From assembly GCA_045837725.1 (NCBI GenBank), contig JBEWZL010000069.1:106074-126073 (forward strand): a stretch of 20,000 nucleotides of DNA, in the 5' to 3' direction. Below, piece by piece: positions 15,301 through 20,000 of the stretch. The notes under the pieces are model-generated. The model worked only from the letters and a program-made list of their open reading frames with translations. It was not told the DNA's origin and did not search any database. This DNA is from Vermamoeba vermiformis. Its lineage: Eukaryota. Position 1 is the first letter of the stretch, and every line of letters starts with the position of its first letter. The position numbers and the translations under genes were made by a program.

Positions 15301-16078
15301 TTAGTGCAACGTCGGGAAATAATTTAACGTCAAAAAGTTGAAGGTGTCAAATATCGCTTGTTCTAACAAGGATAAGCGATTATATAATAAGGTTTTCTTA
15401 AATTAATAAAATTGATAAATTTACCGTCCGTGCAAACAGCGCCAAGGGTGAAAGCAGCCTTTAGGTACTTCGGTTTGTGCGCCAGGGTTAGCAAGGGAAA
15501 ATCGTCTCTATCGATCAAAGGTGTCGCGTATTTAAGTCGCTTTATAATATTTCCTGAAGATAAACTTGGTGCGGAGGCAAGATCTGGCAAAAATTTTAGT
15601 TTGGAAGATCCGCAGCGGATTTGCCCATACCGAATAGTTTCAACCATGTAAACTCTTCATAAGGTAAGTCGGTATTAATGCTTGATTTAATAAGCAATTT
15701 AACGGCCATTTCATGCAGACCAAGCCGCACAGCCTGCAACGAATCCGTAAGTCAAAAATTAAAGAACTTACTTTACGACTTACTACGCTAATTAAATCTT
15801 CTTCGTCTTCATTTTTTCTTATTATAGCACGAATTAATAAGCGTTCTTGAGCAGACAACAAAGCAGTGAAGGTTTCGACATCTGACGTTGTAATTGCGTC
15901 TTTTAAAGCCTAATTTTTATTCATTAATTTCTAAACATATATATTTATCGTACAATAGTTATTGTATAACTTAAGCGTTTTGTATCGGTGTTATGCAATT
16001 AATTTATTTTCAGATTATCGAATTTCGGAACGGATTCGAGTCTTTAAGAACGCTACGTACCACTCTATTGCCTTCCAT
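12397..16078 (-). CDS. Ankyrin-like repeat / F-box / beta-rich C-terminal domain protein, copy A, ~779 aa
   Basis: 10 exons: 16078-16061, 15909-15784, 15733-15631, 15583-15425, 15138-14950, 14884-14743, 14588-14004, 13686-13289, 13079-12691, 12627-12397. All introns are GT-AG and the frame stays open (2340 nt). Ankyrin-like segments AVRLGLHEMAVKLL, QDSSGNNILHYAT, NQAGEIP; F-box SLFDLPKDLYKEIAMHLAPHDLTRLYSCSKTL...LWRHY; FBXW-type linker YRTRVQRLLKLNSSWQQNKY. Copy B has identical intron positions and phases. Confidence 0.8.
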
Positions 16079-19077
16079 TACTTGCTTAATCTGATTTATA
16101 CGTGCAATCAAAAATAAGTGTCATTCAAAAACTGTTCTACTTGTGCCTTACTCACAGTGGGACGGGACACGAAGTGGTGCGTTCTTTGACAATTCTCAAA
16201 AGTGATTCGTAAAGACCAAATCTACGAATCGTCATTTATTTGTTTATAAATTAAAACTATCGTTCGTTACAACTTCAAGTTCAGATCCGCTTCTTCGCTT
16301 CCCCAAGACAAATAATCTCTGACATAAGTTGTGGTATCGTCACGATCTGATAATACGAGATATCGTGCATTTGCCATTTTTGGAATGTGTTCAGTGGGTT
16401 GAAGCCACTCGATTTTGCGTGACGGCAAGTGCCACGATGAAACGATTGGTGCGTTTTGTGTGTGAATGAATAGCCGTTCGTTTGAGCACGGAACATTCTG
16501 CAAATCATTCATGAATGAGTTATTCAATAATATATAATATGTTTTAAGTCTTACCGCGTAGGTGTTAGTGAACACGTGTTTGACTCTGTTTGTTTCGGAT
16601 CCAGTTCGCAAGTCAACAAAACTACAAGCAGATGCATAAGTATATCGACGTGCCAACATATGATTGCGACACTGTCCCATAATAAACAGCGTATGCTCAT
16701 CGACTATCTTAGTGAAAGTGATCGTCATTGGGTGTAATGTCTTTCGTGGCACTTTAACGGTGTTGTTTGTGCGAATATCTGTAATCGCATAGTAATCGTT
16801 GCCATATGAAGAAACGGTGACAAAAGTTTTGTTGAACGGATTGTATATAGTTCTACTGTCGAAGTCGAATTTGGGCAGTTGTGCGGTCACTGTTTCGTAT
16901 TCTATGTTGAATACACATCCAGCTTAAAATAGCGTTAGAGTAAGACATGATATTGTCCCAGTAAAATAGTGAAAATTTGAAAGAATTAGTGAAGGAGGAT
17001 TGTTGACACGTGTCAAAGTGTCAATTTTTTCACACAGCTACGTACCGTACGGAAAAAATATCTGATTTTCGGTGATCGAAACAATGTCCTCAAAGACTCT
17101 TAAAGATCTGTAATTATCATCAGGAACATTTTTCAACGGAGCCGATTCTTTCTCGCTTAGAATCTTCAAGAAGAAATTTTGAAGACTTTTGTATTCGCTA
17201 ACGAGCACTTTCGGAGCACTAGCTGATTCAGTCGTGTCTTTCAATATTGTGCAAAATTTGTGGACTGAAGATGTAACTGAAATATTTGCAAAGCTTTGAG
17301 TATGACAGTTCCAATAAGCGACTGGTGTCGTATTGTATGACGTATAATACTCATTCGCAAGGTGGTTGCTCATAATAATCCAATTGTCGTTGATCAGTTG
17401 CGGCTTGCCTTTCATTTCTGCAACGGCGGAATATTTATTCTTCCGCCAGCTGGAGTTTAGCCTGAAAAATAAAACGTTAATAATAGGCAAAAACAAGAAT
17501 TCAGAAGTTGACAGGTGTGCTGTCAATTTTAAGTGTCAAACTCAACAACGAATTTATGACACGTGTCATTGTAAAAAAATCGATCTTAAGTGTCAAAATG
17601 TCCTGCTCAACAATGAAGTTATGACACGTGTCATTATCAAAAAATTGATCGTTTTGTCGCTTACTTCAATAGTCGCTGCACTCTTGTTCGATAAGGCAGT
17701 GTCACATCTTCAACGTGTTTGAAGTACTTGACGTGATAATGACGCCAAAATTGCTCGTCTTGATTGAATAAGATTGTTTTAAATTCTTCGTGCAATGTCT
17801 TTGAGCAGCTGTATAACCTCGTCAAGTCATGCGGAGTGAGTTGAATAATAATTTCTTCGAATAATTCTTTCGGTAAATCGAACAGGATTGTATGATGACT
17901 ATCACTTCCATTTATGGTTATATTCGCTGATTCCGACAATTCTTCTTCCTTCTTTGGTTTGTCAATGACGTGAAACAATTGATGCAAGTCATCGCATTCA
18001 AATAATCTCTGCAAAACTCGTCTGAGGTGCTGAGTATTGTGCGGCTGACCGTGCTGCAAAAGATAACAATACAACATGCCATACTTCAAATTCTGCGTGT
18101 CATAACTCATGTGATGTTCAGTATACGTCATCCACGCTTGATTGATTTCGTCTTGTTCGACGATAATTTTGAGCGCGTTAAGGAATTCTACGGGAGTGGA
18201 CGAATTACCCAAGTACTTTGAAAGATAGGCAATGGCTGGTACTACTCCCGATGAGTTCCTATAAACAAGTCATTAATTATCGAACAATGAAACAACGACG
18301 AAAGTAGAGTGATTCGTGTAGGCTTTAAAGCGCCACCGGACTTGATTTTGGCGATATCGCCAAAAAAAGGAGATAAACAGATAATTGTAAAATTCGATCG
18401 GACTTAACCGACAATTTTGTTATAGTAATCACGTGCCTGGTTTCGATTGAAATTTACGGCTCATTATTGAGGTAAAACGTAATAATTTTTCACGGTAAAC
18501 TTTACCTTTGCAACGCAGCAGTGATAAGTTTTTGTTTGTCAGGGCAAATTTTCTTCAATATGGACCAAGTTCGATTAAATGAAGAGACGCGTACCTTGTC
18601 ATGTCTCGTAATTTCGTGCAGGATATTGTTGTGCGTTAACGGATCTTTTTCTACGAATAAAATTTTTAGATCTGATCTCGGATCTCGAGAGCTCAACGGT
18701 AAATTTTATTCGTACCTAAGATCCAATCACCATCAGGATAACTTTTCAAGTATTCTTCGAATTCTGGAGATTGTATAATGAAGCGCCGTACTTCAGAAGT
18801 AGGTACGATTTGGTGCGTCACGTAATTGTTGTCTTTGAGCCATTGCAAAAGTTTGATTTTGTCTTTGAATTGCAAGCAAGATGTCATAATGGCCGAGCCT
18901 AAGGCACTCGCTATATAAAAAAAAAAATACGGTTAGTTAAACTGAGGATAGTTTCAGTTTTTGACACGTGTCATTTGAAAAAACCAACAAAGCGATCTAT
19001 ATTAACTAATTTAGGCGTCGAAGCAGCGATTTTTTTTCCGTGAAATGATTTTCAAACACGCCGTTTGGCACGTGTCA
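13158..19077. repeat. Dispersed 12-bp palindrome TGACACGTGTCA in introns of the F-box paralogs
   Basis: Perfect copies start at 13158, 13253, 13889, 13961, 15255, 17004, 17557, 17622, 18962. Near-perfect copies at ~13179, 13722, 19066. Several extend to 14-16 bp (TTTGACACGTGTCAAA at 13251 and 15253). Confidence 0.95.
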
Positions 19078-19833
19078 TAATGCTGATCGTAATTTAAACT
19101 TTTGGCGGTTTCGGTGACAAGCAGTATTAAGGTATTTCATCAATTGCTTTAATAACCTCGGTAATTTAGTCCTATTAATAAAATTGATAAATTTACCGTC
19201 CGTGCAAACAGCGCCAAGGGCGAAAGCAGCTTTGAGGTACTTCGGTTTGTGTGCCAGGGTTGTCAACGGGAAATTGTCTTTAGAGATCAGCGGCGCAGCA
19301 TATTTTAATCGTTCAATAATTTGGGTTGAGGAAGCATGTGGTGCGGAGACAAGATCTGGCAGGAATTTTAGTTTGGAAGATCCGCAGCGGATTTGCCCGT
19401 ACCGAACAGTTTTAGCCATGTTATCTTCTCAAATGGTATTTTTGCATCCTCATAAGTCATAACAAGCAATTTAATGGCCAGCTCTTGTCGACCAAGATGA
19501 ACGGCCTGAATTTTCAAATCCGCTTTTAGCACGAGTAGGGAAAGCTTGTAAGACTTACGTAGCTTATCAAGTCTTCATTTTGATTTTTTAATAGGTCTCG
19601 CAATGAGAGGCTATCCATTGAAGAAATTAGACGGGCAAAGACTTCGACATCTGCCTTCGAAATTGCGTCCTTCAATGCCTGTAAAATAATTGGTAAAAAA
19701 TGTTGTTCATTAATTATAATTATTTAGCACTAAAAGAGCTCGCTCATCTTCCGAGCTAGATTTTAATTTTACATTCCGATGCATTTCCCAACGGATCGTG
19801 CCCACCTACCCCGAATTTATCGTCCTTCTCCAT
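16267..19833 (-). CDS. Ankyrin-like repeat / F-box / beta-rich C-terminal domain protein, copy B (tandem paralog), ~784 aa
   Basis: 10 exons: 19833-19810, 19678-19559, 19505-19403, 19355-19197, 18910-18716, 18650-18506, 18258-17665, 17461-17046, 16922-16555, 16497-16267 (2355 nt, frame open). F-box LFDLPKELFEEIIIQLTPHDLTRLYSCSKTL; exon-by-exon homology to copy A. Confidence 0.8.
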
Positions 19834-20000
19834 TAGAATTTAATCTGAGTGCGTGCGTTTGTTGTGGGCTTCATTGTAAGAAAAAGCGAGAACTGGCAAA
19901 ATTCGGAAGCAGCACGGGGATGGTACCAGAAGAGCAGTAACATTAATTTCATGTTGGAAATGTGGAAGAAATTTATCCAAATCAGATCTACAAGTCAGCG

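Larger units (their letters stand above)
12371..19850. repeat. Tandem direct duplication of a ~3.6-3.9 kb gene unit (approx. 12371-16095 and 16241-19850)
   Basis: 12371-12660 matches 16241-16530 with 7 substitutions in 290 nt (offset 3870). Further strong blocks: ~13885-14170 vs ~17555-17830 and ~15400-15630 vs ~19175-19402. Confidence 0.95.

Noticed and set aside
15363-15647. Separate small gene 'MVETIRYGQIRCGSSKLKFLPDL...' (and its twin at 19075-19419)
   Set aside because: The conserved RYGQIRCGSSKLKFLP stretch is a translation of the 47-nt intron 3; the remainder is exon 4 of the F-box gene.
13158-19077. CRISPR-like array interpretation of the palindromes
   Set aside because: The repeat is only 12-16 bp, spacing is irregular (tens to thousands of bp), the context is eukaryotic introns, and no cas genes are present.
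12397-19833. Endogenous giant-virus or bacterial insertion as the origin of the Ank/F-box genes
   Set aside because: Both genes have nine host-style spliceosomal introns and no viral hallmark or integrase genes are nearby; ancient transfer cannot be excluded but is unsupported here.
19840-20000. Short open frames on both strands at the window end
   Set aside because: No start or family motif visible and no similarity to the F-box last exon; cannot be assigned without flanking sequence.

Overview
AT-rich, gene-dense, intron-rich eukaryotic (protist-like, possibly amoebozoan) nuclear DNA with short GT-AG introns; no prokaryotic, CRISPR or RNA-gene features seen. Manual exon assembly gives, in order: the 5' end of an RS-rich protein (-), a Hippo/MST1-2-like STE20 kinase (+), a 4-unit polyubiquitin (+), mitoribosomal mL46 (+), a small SMIM4/UQCC5-like membrane protein (-), a GPAT9/GPAT3-4-like acyltransferase (-) head-to-head with an EF-hand LPCAT/LPEAT-like acyltransferase (+), and two tandem 10-exon paralogs (-) encoding ~780-aa ankyrin-like / F-box / beta-rich proteins. 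The most unusual signal is in the tandem pair. The perfect 12-bp palindrome TGACACGTGTCA occurs 9 times, only in introns 4, 7 and 8 of these two genes. The two copies are also a mosaic of near-identical blocks and strongly diverged exons, suggesting a diversifying E3-ligase adaptor family with intronic regulatory or recombination signals. All gene models are hand-built and untested by RNA data or database search.
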